A stretch of 64,000 nt of DNA, from the NCBI RefSeq assembly GCF_963921235.1, contig NC_086097.1, positions 210,182,001-210,246,000 of the forward strand. Direction: 5' to 3'. The notes under the pieces were generated by a model. That model saw only the letters and a list, made by a program, of their open reading frames with translations. It did no database searches and was not told where the DNA came from. Position 1 is the first letter of the stretch; every line of letters starts with the position of its first letter. This stretch comes from Mobula hypostoma (taxonomy: Eukaryota). This document shows positions 39,001 to 54,000 of the stretch, one piece after another. The translations under genes and the position numbers were made by a program.

Positions 39001-42000
39001 AATTTCAGATTGAACAGTGTAGAATAAAGCAAATGTTGATGTCTCACACTAAATTAATCAATGCTTTTGTTAGATATTTGAATTATGATTTCAACGTAGC
39101 TCGGTTTTAATACTTCATTTTAATTTTGCAAAAAACTCAAGAATAAAAGCTTAACCTTTTCATTAAATTCCACACGATTTTAAAATAATAAATGACGTTA
39201 TACCTGCTTAGCAATTGCTGCAAATTTCATTACATGCAGTGTTTCATCATACATGGAAGCACACTGATTGATATTAATAATCATACAAGCTTTGCCTTTG
39301 CCACAAAAGAAAGCTTGAAAAAGACGGGTTAACTTGCTCTCTCGGAATGGGACAATAATTTGTTTTAATCTAATAGGCAAAAGAAATAAGTATGTTAGAA
39401 CTAAGACACAAGATTCTATCATTGATACCAAGACTTTTTGCCAATTAGAAATTAGAGGTGAAACAACTGGTGAAAAAAAGTGTAGTTTAAAAAAATATAG
39501 AAGTAATACATTACTTATGGAATCTAATTTTAGAATGATGAAGCTATCATTACATTTTCTATTCTTCAGGTAACAATTCCACAATTATTCTCTCCCTTAA
39601 AATATTAGAGATTCAATTCTGCGAATTTTTTTATTATGTGATAAAACATTTTTGGAGTAACGTTTGTACATCAACTGATCTACCAGCAATCCTATCAGTT
39701 ACTTTTAATGAACTTAATCAACTTGCCTAAACGAAACAAATTCCAGGCTAGTTTTCATCATAATTCAAAAGAAAATTCTAGTTCCAATTAATTTAATTCC
39801 AGGAAAAAGCATCTCAATAGTTCTCCTCAGTAGATGAAAGGTGACGGCTAGATCACCATTTTGGGGTGAAGTCGGGGGTGGGGTGGGGGTGAAGAGTAGG
39901 ACAGGATAGCAACGGTTCTCAGCACCTTCCGGTACGATTTCCATATCCAAGTAGTGAAATCAGAAACAGGTCATCTTTGAGGATGTCAACAAAACCACCT
40001 ACTCTCCATCCAAATTTTCTACATCCCCAATTCTCTTTCTTTCCTATTGCGATGAAAAGGATTTATCTTTCTTTTCACATTGACTGCTATTCCTGAAAAC
40101 TCTCTGCTCTCATTGTTTCTTCCCACAACTTTAAGTAGAACTACTAATGTGACATTCATCAAAATGCCCAAACACAAAATTCTGCAGGTATGAAAATGAA
40201 ATAAAACTTGATCAGAATATTCAATCACCTGTAGCAAAAGCTGATGTTCATACAGTTTAATAAAATATCACTCTGAAACAGTAAACTTGTTTTGTTTGTT
40301 TTCTTTATTTAATATGAATGGTTTATTTCAAACCACCTTTGGAAACGTTGATAGTTGTTGTTTCAGAAATCCATCTTCCCCATGGGAACACAACTGGTTT
40401 ATTAATACAGAGGATTAAACACCATTTAATCTTGCAGGCTGCTCAGACTTTTGCCACCACTCTCCCCACACATACATGCGAGGAGCAATAATCTACTTGG
40501 CCACTCAAGCCTGTGTTACAGCACAATTCCTGCATTAATTCTAACATCAACTCCACATTAACGTTCCACTCTCTTACTTATCCGTACTTCAAAAACAGCC
40601 AAAATAACCTCTCCTTGGGCTCCCTTTCAGAGGAAGGGAGATTCAAGGACTCAAAAGTCTCCCACAAGATGAAACATCAGTCCCATCAAGCGCTTAAAGT
40701 GAGCGGCTTCTTACACTGTTTCAGCGGGGAATCAATTACATGGTTCTAGAGCTGGAATCACACAGGCCTGACAAGGTGTAGAGTTCCATCACTGAAACAA
40801 ATGGGCTCTTAGGATCAATCCAGTAGTTTCACCATTATTGATAGAACTCTTATTTCAGATTTATTGAAATAATAATTTAAAGTGTAGCTTTGCTAGTATT
40901 CAAACTCAAGGTTTCAATTCTGAGCTAATGACCTTGGATTACCAACAGCATCCTACTCCAAATTAAAACATTAACCAATGGTTTGCTGATAAGTACAAGA
41001 TATTTAGGCTTCAAAATTCAAGGAAAAATTAAATACTGATAGTTAACAAGTTAATCCAATTTATTTATTACTTACTTATTCTGCTGCTTCTTCCTTAGTG
41101 CAGAAATGCACTTGCCAAGGATCAGAAGAGAATTATTGATGTTGCCTGCCTCCTTCAGTCGATTTCCAAACGTTTGTGCTTTACCGCTACGCTCTAACCC
41201 AGCCAAATCACACAAGCACAGGCTACATTCATCAGAAAGATTGACAAACAATTATACATCCCAAGAGCAATTATATGTTGCTGTGGTTATGTTAATGACA
41301 CAAACAAATATCTTACAGGACATGACAGAAAGATAATGTTTTCCTGAGCAAGCATGCTTTAAGCTAGAGTTCACAGTTACAATTAAAGGCATCAGGCATT
41401 CAGACCCGAGGAAGATTTACTTTCTCTCAGTGGGCAATGGTACTAAATGGCACTGAGAGCTATGGGAATAATACAGAGAGGCTTAATGAAGATCAGTTAA
41501 TTGAGTTGGTAAGGGCACAGCAGACAGAAAATAACATAGGATATGTGAGATCTCTTTTAGAAAAGAGTAAAACTACTGTTTTTTTAAAATGATGAGATTG
41601 AAAGGTATTGGTGTGAAAAGGATTGTGGGAGCCCCGTGTGCTCAGATCACAGAGTTAATAAGCAGAAAATATTAACACTGGTCTTTACAGCAAGACAATT
41701 TGGGTAGACATCTTGCTGCAATTATGTAAGCTCACTGAAATATTATTTACATTTCTGGTCTCCCTGCCCAAGTCAGGATGCTTGCATTTGAAGGGGTGCA
41801 GCAAATATGGGACTGATTAATTCCTAAGATGAAGTCCGTAGCATACAAAAGAGTGTAAGCAGATAAGCTTCAAACCTCAAAGAAAATTTATCATCAAAGT
41901 ACATATATGTCACCATATACAACCCTGAGATTCACTTTCTAATGGACGTACTCAGAAATCCAAGAAGCACAACAATCAATGAAAGATTACACCCAACAGG

Positions 42001-45000
42001 ATGGACAAATAACCAATGTACAAAGAACAACAAACCGTACAAACACAAAAGAGAAAAAAATAATAATAATAATAATTAAACAATAAATATTGAGAACATG
42101 AGGTGAAGAGTCCTTGAAAGTGAATCTATAAGTGTTGGGGCAAGTGAAGTTATCCCCTTCTGGTTCAAGAGCTGTATGGTTGATAGGTAATAACCGTTCC
42201 TGAATCTGGAGGTGTGGGTCCTGAGACTCTTGTACCTTCTTCCTGAAGGCAGCAGTGAGAAGATGTCATAGCCTGGGTGGTGGGGGCCCCTGATGATGGA
42301 TGCTGTTTTCCTGCAACGGCATTCTGTATAGATATCCTCGATGGTGGGGAGGGCTTTACCTGTGACAGACTGGGCTGTATCCTACTTTTTGTAGAATTTT
42401 CCATGGCATGGCCATGCTTTCTTCATAATTGTACTTACATGCTGGGCTCAGTACTGCTCCTCTGAAGTGATAACATTAAGGAATTTAAAGTTGCTGACCC
42501 TCTCCACTTCTGATCCCCCATTGAAAATTGGCTCATGGACCACCGGCTTCCTCCTCCTGAGTAAGAGGTTGTTACTGTAGCACCACTCAGCCAGATTGTC
42601 AATCTCCCTCCAATATGCTGATTCGTCACCACACTGATTCGACCAAAACTAGTGGTGTCGTCAGCAAACGTAAGTATGGCATTGGAGCTGTGCTTAGACT
42701 CACAGTCACAAGTATAAAGTGAGTAGAATAGGGGGCTAAGCACTCAGCCTGATAGTCCACCAGCACTGATGGAGATTGTGGAGGAGACGTTGTTGCCAAC
42801 CTGAGCTGAGCTGACTGAGGTTTTTATACTGCATAAGAGTTTAGAAGACTATGTGGTGATCTCATTGAAGCACACAGAAGTCTAACCAGAATTTGACGGG
42901 ACAGATGTTAGTATGGTGCTCCTTCTAGCTGGTGCCTATAGAATCAGAACCAGGCTTATTATCAATGACATACATTATGAAATTTGTTGTTGTCCACCAG
43001 CAGTACAATACAAACTTCTGTAGAAGTTTGCCAGAGTCTTTGGTGACAAACAAAATCTCCTCAAACTCCTAATTTAACATAGCCAGTCTTTGTAACTTCA
43101 TCAATTTTCTGGGCCAGGATAGACTATCAGAGATGTTGATACCCAGAAGCTTGAAGCTGCTCACCCTTTCCCTCAATGAAGACCGGTGTTTGTTCCCTTG
43201 ACTTCCCCTTCCTGAAGTCCACAATCAATTCCTTGGTCCTTGAGTGCAAAGCTGTTCTGACATCACGCAACCAGCTGATTTATCTCACACCTGTACACCT
43301 CCTTGTCAACATCTCAGATTCCACCAGCAACACCAGTATCATCAGCAAATTTATAGATGGTGGTTGAACTGACAGTCATGAGAGTAGAGTAGCAGGCTAA
43401 TCATGCATCCTTTTTGATTGACAGCAAGAACATGTTATTTCCAATCTGCACTGATTGTGGTCCCCAATGAGGAAGTCAAGGATCCAGTTGTATGTGGAGG
43501 TACTGTGGCCCAAGTTTTGAAGCTTGTTGGTTAGTAGGGAAGACAGCAGCCTGACATACAGCAAGTTTTGCTGTTGTCCAACAGGTATCAGTCTCAGAAT
43601 AGTGTTTGTCCATACAGGAGAGACAAGAGGAATCCACCATCACTCCCCCTGACCCTAACACACACCATTCAGAACAGAATCAATTTTGGAGTATTCCATC
43701 AATGAGCATTATGGAGGATCAGATGCCCATTTTATGTATAAGAGAGAGCTCAACAGGTTTTCAGATAAAGGGAATTATGGCTTCATTTTCTTGTATTCAT
43801 TGAAATAGTTCCAAAGTAATGCTAATTGAAAGATGAAGCACACCCCAAGGAGCCAAATTCATGCTTTCTGTTTCTATTTCTGATATTCTTAAAGCTAGGA
43901 AATAACCTGTCAAGTGTTAACTATGACTTACAATAGTCTTAAAAATGTAAACCCGGAATTTATTGACATCTCTCGAGCTCAAAACCCAGGATGAAGACAT
44001 ACATCCTCCTTCTGACTGACTACACTTCAGAAAGTAAAACTACAAAATGCAGTGGAGCATCTGAAATTGTGGAATGCTCATCCCAAATGGGTGATCTTTC
44101 TTTCCACTGACTTCCATTGGTATTTCATTCACTTTTTACTTGATTGATCATACCCGGGATGCATTGGCTAAGAAAGTCAATAGACTTTATAAGGCGTGCA
44201 AACAGAAAGGGATTATACCTGAATGCTGGTTGGTAATCAAGTCCAAAAAAAAAAATCCATTCTGGGTCTTTAAAATTCATAAAAGTTGCTAACAAGGTTA
44301 GCAGAGCATCATCTATAAAAAAGCAATGGAAAGCAATCCCACAGGAAATGCTACTGAATAATCAGAAACATACCCAAGGAAATTATTAACTTGTAGGGTC
44401 TGATGAAAAGGCTTGCATGCAAATCAAATAGAGTTTTTCTAGGATTGACACAGGTACAATTTACTAAAGACATACATACAACAATGTTCAAGAACATCTA
44501 TTTTTATCATCTTTGTCAAGGAGTAAAGAGGAAGACTTCCAAGCTATTCATGAAACAAAACTTAGTAATATGGAGGCATAGAATAACAATAACTTTGGAC
44601 TCGTTTGAACTTTATATAATGTGATAACAGATAACATGAAACTAAATATTTATTTTTCCCCAAAACGATAACTCACTCAGAAGTCCTGAAGACACGAGAC
44701 TTTTCCCCAACAATTATTTCTATCAGTCGAATGGAAAATATGCTGTGACTGTAGAAAGATCATTTTAAACTAATCAGGTACTTCATACATACAATTGAAA
44801 TCCACTTCAACATTTTGTTATGGAAATTATGTTTGAGAAATTGATTATCTGAGGGAAAAAATGTTGACCAATAAACTTGTCTAATATTACATAGTAACAG
44901 GATTATGAGTATACCTTCGGCTGGATTGGTGGTTTATTTTAGTTGAAGCCAAGCTTCGATTTTTATTTCCTATCTTTAAGACTTTAAGAGCTTCATCTGA

Positions 45001-48000
45001 GCTGGTAACATTGATCCATTTGAGGTCTGAAATATTCAAAATAATTTAAGGACACATTTTATGCAGATTAATTAATATTGCTGTCATCATTAACCACTTT
45101 CAAAAGATTAGACTATCAGAATCAGTTTTATCATCACTGACATATAGCATGAAACGTGTTGTTTTGTGGCAGCAGTACAGTGCAATACACAAAATATACA
45201 ACTTACAATATGAAATACGTATACATCTATTCACACACAAATATATATACACACACATATATAACGTAGTGCAAAAATTGTGAGGTAGTGTTCATACGCT
45301 CATAGGATCATTCAGAAATCTGATAGTGATGACACACGGTCATTCAGCATATGGAAAACAGACCGGAGGTAAAAGTTTAAAAGTTTTACTTTCCTAATCT
45401 TCTTTTTCTCCTGAAAATGGATTACAATTCTTCAAGCTGAGGGTCCAAGAAGAGTCTCAGATATCTCTCCAATGTTTGTAATGCTAAGCACACGTCCCTT
45501 TCTGCCTGCCCATTTAAAAGTTAGGAAAGTAGATTTTGCACAGTCCCAATTAACATTTACCCTTTAGCTAATACCATTATAAACAAAGAATTCATCTTGA
45601 TTATTTTTGGCAAGACTTGAGAGAAAAATATTTGCATTGCTTGCCTAACTAATAAATAAGAAAGCAATCTTTGGACCTCCCTGGGTAATGATCTGGTCAT
45701 TAGCACAATGTTACTTGCTGTGTGAAAGGTCACTACTGTAACTGTGCAATTACAAACACATTGCAAACCACTTACAATCAGCTGCAGATTGCTTAGAACT
45801 TTGCAAGAGGGACTTTAAAAGTGCCATGCTAATATGCTTTATACAGTGTATATATAAAATATATATATATATATATATATATACATACACACACCATCTG
45901 AGATAGCCTTTAGCTTCTGGGTTCAAGAGGAAGATTCCTTTAATATTTATGAAAAAACTTCAAAGATTTTATAAATAATTTACATCACAGATTATGAAGA
46001 TTAGGCTGCACCTTTAACATAACTGTTTCCTTTTTGATCTTCACAGACTCGCAAATTTTGACGTTTCTGGTTTCTTGAAGTTGGCATTGGATCCAATAGG
46101 TCATACACATATTCATTGTAGATCTCACAAAAGGAAACCCACACCGAGAATCTTCGCTGCTTTTGATCAACGAGGCTAATTTCAGAGGCACCTGTTATGA
46201 CTTCAGAATACTTTGCTATGAAATAGAAATGAAATTATTTGAACTTTCTCAAGCATTTTTAAATAAAGGATCACAGGAAATGCAATTTCTATAATAATGG
46301 AATTGTGGGAGTGAGCAAAGCAGGGGATTATGGGATTAGATTTGGGTGATGTGGGAATGCCTCTAATTTAAAAACCAAGTATTAATTAGTTGCAACAAAC
46401 ATCTTGCCTTGGATAGCATGTCTCTAGATAATTTTGCAGTATTTCTGATGTTTGTATTTTTGATGAACTTGGAAAAAAATCAGATTAAAAGTTTCTAATC
46501 GATTTGAAGTTGTGTGCATGTTAAGGTGAATGCGAATTATAGAAAAGGGGAGGAGTTTCAGATTTTAGCCAGTGCCTCCAGCTGTCCTAATTTAAAAGTT
46601 AGGTTAACTGTAGTTTAGTATAGATGGCAAAAGGGGCAGATTTTCAGCAGTGGCATTGGATGGATTTGGAAAATTTCCATTACTATAAGAGAAGTATTAA
46701 AACAGAAAAATAATTAAATTCTTTATTTCTGTGCTAGCATTACTCCTTTTTATACAAACTCATTGTGTCAAAAATAATTTTTCAAATGCCTGTTGGATCA
46801 ACATCAATTATGACTTGCAAAACAACTCAGGAGGAAGTGGGAACAGTAAGCAGAATGGTGGCCAGGACCGAGGCTGGCAGTAGTAAGTCTTCAAAATACT
46901 GAAATTAATCATTAAGCAGTTAGATCCCATGTTTATTTATCTCAATCATTTCATTTTAAAAGTTTGCTAATCTGATAGTTCTACCACAAAATTTATAATT
47001 CTTGGTGGTTTGCAACCAAAGAAAAAAAATTTGGTTTGTGTTTCTGAAAAATAAAGCTCTTAATACATTTCCATTTGTACAAATTCCTTGAATAAAAGAG
47101 ATACCTAGCTGATCAGAAGGAATGTGGTCTGCCAGAGTGATAGAGCCTGCCTGGGCCAAATCTTTTCGGACATTCTTGTTACATGTGGTCCTAAAAAGCT
47201 GGTATTCCATCTCCTGGAAGGAAAGAAATGATCTTTAGAATTTATATTCAAAACCAACAGAGTAATTTAGATTTAAAATATAACTAATACAAGCGAAAAT
47301 ATAAAACTTGTATCACAGGGCCACACTGTATTGGTAGTAATCAATTCACCTCTTTCACTTACTACAAAAGTTATTATTTATCAAACATGACTCAAAATAA
47401 GTATCCTGTAATAGTTAAGAGTGCAAAATTAAGCCAACAAGATCGGTGTTTATTTTAGTTCCTGCATGTGCAATACAGAGCTTCATACTCAAGGGTGTAA
47501 CTGCAAAACCATTCATTCTGTTCTATCTTTTAACTAGGTAATTGAATAGTTTAATTACGCTCTTTCCTTAGCGATTTTAAAGCCTGTATTTAATAATATC
47601 GACAGGCAGGGATGTCAGAATCAAGTTTAATATCACTGGCATACATCTTGAAATTTGTTGTTTTGGGTCAGCAGTATATTACAATGCATAATAAAAACTA
47701 TAAATTACTATAAATAAATACATTAAAATTAAATTAAATAAGTAGTGCAGAAAGAGAGAGGAAAACTTTAGTAATGTTTATCGGTTCATTGTCCATTCAG
47801 AAATCTAATGACAAAGGGGAAGCCAATGAGTTGTTTGTTATATCTCCGCTCTCGCTGTGAAACAGAGACATTTCTTTCTCCATTATTAGGGGGCGAGAGA
47901 GAGCCAGTGGTATGTCGAATACCGGGTGAATAAGTAGTCTTTGGAGTAATGCAAGTCTGTGTCTTTGCTGTTGCTTTGCTCACGCAGTGCTCCGTTGTGG

Positions 48001-51000
48001 GTGCTGATACTTTTTTTTTGCCCGGGGTGGGGGGATCGTTGCTTGCTGCTGCTTACGTGCGGGAAGGAGGGGAGCTGGGGAGGACTTTGTGGTTCTAACA
48101 TTTAACTGTTATTCATTCTTTGAGGGCACTCCTCTGTTTTTCGTGGATGATTGCGAAGAAAAAGCATTTCAGGATGTATATTGTATACATTTCTCTGACA
48201 TTAAATGTACCTTTGAAACCTTTGAAAGAAACCATTCCTGAAACATCTGAGTTTGTGTCTTCAGGCTCCTGTGCCTCCTTCTTGATGGTAGCGATGAGGG
48301 GAGGGCATGTCCTGGGTGATGGGAGTGCTACGTGATGCATGGCACCTTTTTGAGACATTGCCTTTTGCCCGTGTCCTGGATACTGGGAAGGCTGGTGCCC
48401 ACGATGGAGCTAGCTGAGTTTACAACATTCTGCAGCTTTTTTTGAACCTGTGCAGTGACTTCTCCTTGTCAATATCTGAAGTTCTGCCAACAATAGTTGA
48501 ATCATCAGCAATGTTATAGATGGTGTTTGAGCTGCGTCTAGCCACATAATTGGGGGTGTAGAGAGAGTAGAGCAGTGGGCTAAGCACACGTCACTGAGGT
48601 GTGCCAGTGTTGATTGTCAGTGAGGAGATGCTATTTTCAATCTGCCCATACTGTAGTCTCCCAGTGAGGAAGTCAAGGATTCTGTTGGAGAGGAGAGGTA
48701 CAAAGACCCATACTTTGGAGATTGTTGCTTAGAACTGAGGGTGTGATTGTGTTAAACACAAAGCAGTAATCAATAAACAGCAGCCTGACATAGGCATTAC
48801 CATTCCCCAGGTGATCCAAGGCCAACTTGAGAGCCAATGAAGATTGAATGCGATGTAGACCTATTGTGGCAATAGGCAGATTCCAGGTCCTTGCTTAGGC
48901 AGGAGTTGATTCTAGCCATGACCAATCTCTCATAGGAATTCATCACAGCAGATGAGAGTGCTGCTGAGCACTCACAACCACTATTAAAATTTTTGGAAGT
49001 ATTTGACTAAACAAATTCACTGTCAATAGAAAAACAGAAGTGAAGTCAATTCCAAATCTTTTAAAATAAACAAGCTGAATAAAAAGTGGAAATCAGTCAG
49101 ACAACATGTGCCTTTTCCCCATGTGAAGTGCAAATACATTCACATAAAAGTTTCATAACATCTGGGTGTTACCCTGAAAAAGTAAATTTAAAGGTAGATA
49201 CAATTATTGCTTACAATATGAGCTAAAACAAAATTTTATAATGTACATCTCCCTGCAGGATTGAAGACTCAGAATTAAAAAATAAATTAATAAGCACTAC
49301 TATTATGACAAAAATGTGATTTTGTTGAACATCACCTCTCTCAGTGGAGAAAAGATTTCAGCCTTCATAGCTTCTTCTTGCTGGATTTGCTTACTATCCA
49401 GTTTTAACACATCATCACAGACATGTGGTTTTAAATCCATACTTTCATATTGTCTGCCTTTTATGTGATCAAAGAGCATGGCCAATGATCTTGGTAAGAT
49501 ACCGCCATCTTTACCAGTACCTATGGTTAATCAAGAGTGCAATTATCTAAAATAATGCAATATTCTTAGGCAAACAATATACAAGTCATTACTTCAACAC
49601 CGAAAATGCTTTAATTTTTTAATTAAAAATTGGAAGATTTCAATATTGGAGTTTGCACAAATAAATACATTTTGTTTTCCTGCAACTAACATAAACAATT
49701 TGAAAATGGAAAAACTGGCGAAATAGAATTACATTTTACCTTGGATGAATTTGTAACTCAGTATTAAAACAGTAGTATTATACAGAATTTAATTTCAATT
49801 GTGAATGTAAGGTAAACAAAGTCACATTATCAGAAAAATTTCAAGCTGACCATTCAAACAGGATGCCGTTGTGGTTTGCACAATTAGTTGGTTATTATTT
49901 GAATGCATTCAAAGAAATTTTTTGAGTAACTTTCATTAATGAGCAAGTACAGACAAGGGGATATGTATAGCCAGCTTTCTAACCTGAAGGACACATCAGG
50001 TTAAATAACAATGGCAAAAATAAAGATAAACATTTTCTAAGCTTTTTAAATCAGGCACAGCTTAATTTGACTGACAATCTAGACATGAAGGAAAATCAAG
50101 CAAAACTAGAGACTGGATCTGACTTCATGGAGAGTGCAGAATAAATGCAGGTATAAAAAGACAAAGAACATAACAAACTAACAAGCAGGCAGGGATTAGG
50201 CCCCGAGAGCTGGCAATGACTTGCATAGGGTAGGCCATGCTAGTATTGGTAGGCCATGCCAGGCTGTGAATTATGTGGATTCTCATGCTGACTGTCATGG
50301 AAGCCTCTAACACAAAAAATATCTGACATTTTAATTGCCAGCAGATATGGCATATTGTGCGAGTGTGCCAGGCCTGGCAAGCAGGTAAATGCTGGCAAGA
50401 ATAGCCTTCATTGTCCTGTTCCTGTGGAAAGCAAAGTTGTAGAAGAATTCCAGTGGCGTACCGCAAAGTCATAAAATAATGGAGAAATAAAAGGGTGCAT
50501 GGTGTTCTGGAGAGATAGAAAGTTATGTTCAGCAAATACACACACAAGTTGAATGCTCAGGAAATCAGTGGTGGAGACAAACAGTGGAATTACACAGCAG
50601 TTCATGAATAAGGTCATGCACCCCAAATACAAAGGTTGTGATATACGAGTACAACTTCTAATCCAGCAGGAAGTCAAGAGTGGATATCTACACCCAGAGA
50701 TTTGCGGCACTGGTGATGATTTCACTGCTCACCAGCAGGGTCTTCTTCAGATGCCCAGCTAATACTCCTGTACAATAGCAAAGGGGAAAGAGTCCATGGT
50801 GGAGGCAGCCACAGGGAGTACGGTGAAAAAATGTTATAAAGCACAAAGGAGACAAGAAGAGTTGAAAGTCAGAGAAAAAATTACACTGAAAAAATGAACA
50901 TGAATAAGCAATGGTTTTGGCCCAGAATAGGGAGCAGACAATTATCTTGCTTTTTCTGATAGGAATATTTCCAATCCTCATGAGTAAACTGCTTCAAAAT

Positions 51001-54000
51001 GAACAGTCAGATTTGCTTAGTCGACACAAGATTGGAGCAATGCCCATTGGAGCATTAGAAGACAGCTGTACCAGTCCTGGAATCTACTGAAAAGGTGAAA
51101 GGAGGTATGCTCAACACAGGGAGCTGTTACCAGATCATTTCAATCAAGTTTGATGGTCCTGTTAATCTCGAAGGGATTATGTAGACCTTGGAAAACAGCC
51201 TCCGAGCATTGTTGACTGACCTGACCTGAACAAAGCTCAGATTGAGCAAGGATTTGTTTGCACATGGAAGTGACTGAAGATCTCATGCATGTCATCTAGG
51301 ATCTTAAATCCTGCCATCGAGCGCCCTACATAATAGCCTCTCTCCTGCACCAACAATGCACCACAACAGCTAAATTGCTTGCAGTGGATACCATCAAGGG
51401 GCAATGGCTTCCTAGTTTGGAATAGGTCATCTGAGCCACAATAAGAGGTGCAAACTGAAATAATGTGTTTGAAGGTAAGCAGCATTTAGATCAATAAAAA
51501 TTGTACTCATTAAGCTTGGGGACTTATTTTTAAATAAAAAAAATAACTACAGAGTAGGCATCACTGTATTGGTTGAAGTATGCTTCCCAATTCACATTTT
51601 AAAATGTAATATACCATATTCATGGCTATAGATAAACATTATAATTTTGTACAAAATGTGAGACTTGTCACTTTCTAGGTCTGGAGAAGCCTTGTGTTAC
51701 ACCTACTTGCAATGAGCCATACTTTGCAGAATTGTTAATAAGGGCATAGTTGAGAATAGATTTATAATTAAATTTTAGTTTTATAAATCAATTTTACATT
51801 ATTCTTCTGATGAACTACCTATAAGCAATTTAAAACATATATAGTTATGAGTTTGTTCCATTGGGGAGATAAGTGCACAACAGTGAATGTGCACATCTTT
51901 AGAAATTACGTACACCACATAAAAAGACTTCTGATAACAATAGTCAACTAAAAGCAGCATCTGATATGACATGAATGTGCACAATTACTTTGTTATAGGG
52001 CAATAAGTCAACAAATAATTCTGTATAATGGTAAAGGAATTTAGGTAGGAGATGTCCATGATGAGACCATCCATGAAGGCTACCTCGATATTATAACAGT
52101 CACCTGTTCATCATATTTGGTGAGAAGCTCCATCTTGCTATTTGCCTGACTATATCATAAATCCAGATGAAAAAGTGTTTTTCCAGCTGTAAAGTGTTAT
52201 AATTTGATTTTCATAGTTTAAGTACTTCATTTGACATTTAAAACCGGTTAATTTTCAAAATTCACATAATTAGCTTAAAAAGTATATAATAATTAGAAAC
52301 AAAGACAATTGTAGTTTCCTTTACACCTTTTTTAAAACACCTCAGTCCTTCTAGTGGATACTCTGGCAATTCAGTTCTGCCTTTTTTGTCATGAACACTG
52401 TGACATTATGGAATACTCCAGGACTCCTCGGTTCCTGGTAGGAGTTCATGGCATAATCAAGTTTGGGAAGCCATGCTCTACACTTACCTAGATGAGTATA
52501 ATTTGCTCACTGTAGGACAAAGCAATTCACTTGATTGGCATGACTCCACCATCCCAAGCACATTTTACTTACTTCTCTTTTTCCTGTATTCTCCCAAATT
52601 CATACCTTGAATAGTGTAGGTCTTGCCAGCATTGGTAACTCCATAAGTAAATACCAAACTGTTTTGTCCTTGGAGGTACTGTTTAACAAGGTCTTTTACC
52701 GTGCTATTGAAGAATTCAGTCTGACTGGTTTCCTGGCCAAATATCTAACAAAAAATAATAAATATTGCACATGACTATACGGAAGAATAGATTCAGAACT
52801 ATCTGGAAATGACTTTACTGCAAGGAAGGAGCAAAATGTCACTTGACTAAGCATGAGAATATTTAAAATAATGCCAGATTTGAAAGCAGAATGCAAGAAG
52901 AACACGTCTAATTGAAAGACTATGTTCACACCTGTAGTGACAATAAAGTGCATACTTTAATAAAGAAAGAATAATAAAGAAGTCTTACTCTGACTTCTCC
53001 TCTTTTGTTCCCACCCTGATGAAGGGTCTTAGCCTGAAGCGTCTCTTCCATATTTGTTGCCTGGCCTGCTAAGTTCCTCCAGTATCTTGTGTGTGTTACT
53101 CATCATAAAACAACACTTTTTTTTCCATTTTACTCAGCTATTTTGAGTTTGACAAAACCAATTCAAATAACAGGCTCAGTCATGATGATGGTTTTACATT
53201 TGTTTCATTTCGAAAAGATTATTCATTGCAAAAACAGTGACCATACAAGTGGTTAACATAAAAATCTGATTTTCCAATGCCTTTCATGAAAGGAATTCTG
53301 CCGTTCTTTGTAATATTGCGTGTATGCATCTCCAGACTGAGTAATGTCATTGCTCTCAACTGCCACAGCTGTGCAGCAACAATAAATGCAGTAAATTATT
53401 ACAATGGACAATGGTGAACCCACAGGAAAAGGAATACCAAAGAAACTTTCAAAGGTTTATATTCCATAATAAAATAAAACAATTTAGAAGTGTACCTTCT
53501 GAACTGTGGCAATGATGAGCAAGAGAGCAGTAAACTCAAAGAAAATCTTGTGAATTAAATAACTTCCAGATTGGAAAACAGGACAACTCCAGCTCAGAGG
53601 TAGTCAGCAGCCAATTTCAGAATGAGGATTACTAAAGATATTATCAAAATATTACTCACCTGAGAAAATGTGAACGTGTGCACAGCTTGTCCAATTCCTC
53701 TTTCACTGTTTTTCAGAGTGCTTGAATGCTTAGGTGCTGCCAACACAACAGTTTCTGAATCTTTTATTATCACACAGTCCTAAGCCACACATTCAAAGGT
53801 GAAAACAATAACAAAGTCAAACCCACAAAAACTATCAGCATCAGCAATATATCATATGATCTCTGTGCAGCAGTGCAGCTAGTTCATATCCAGTGGTTTG
53901 ATAATGTCATGCACCCAAAATGATAATTCTAAGTAAAAAAAAACTGGTGATCAAAATATACAACATATATGGGAATTGCTACTTCCAACCAAAGTGCAAG

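Noticed and set aside
45845..45892. (TA)n/(CA)n tract (also 4670-4686 and the GA tract at about 17519-17537)
   Set aside because: Ordinary microsatellites.
50125..51260. Cluster of 70-140 aa ORFs in intron 4
   Set aside because: No recognisable motifs, overlapping on both strands; probably an old unclassified repeat.
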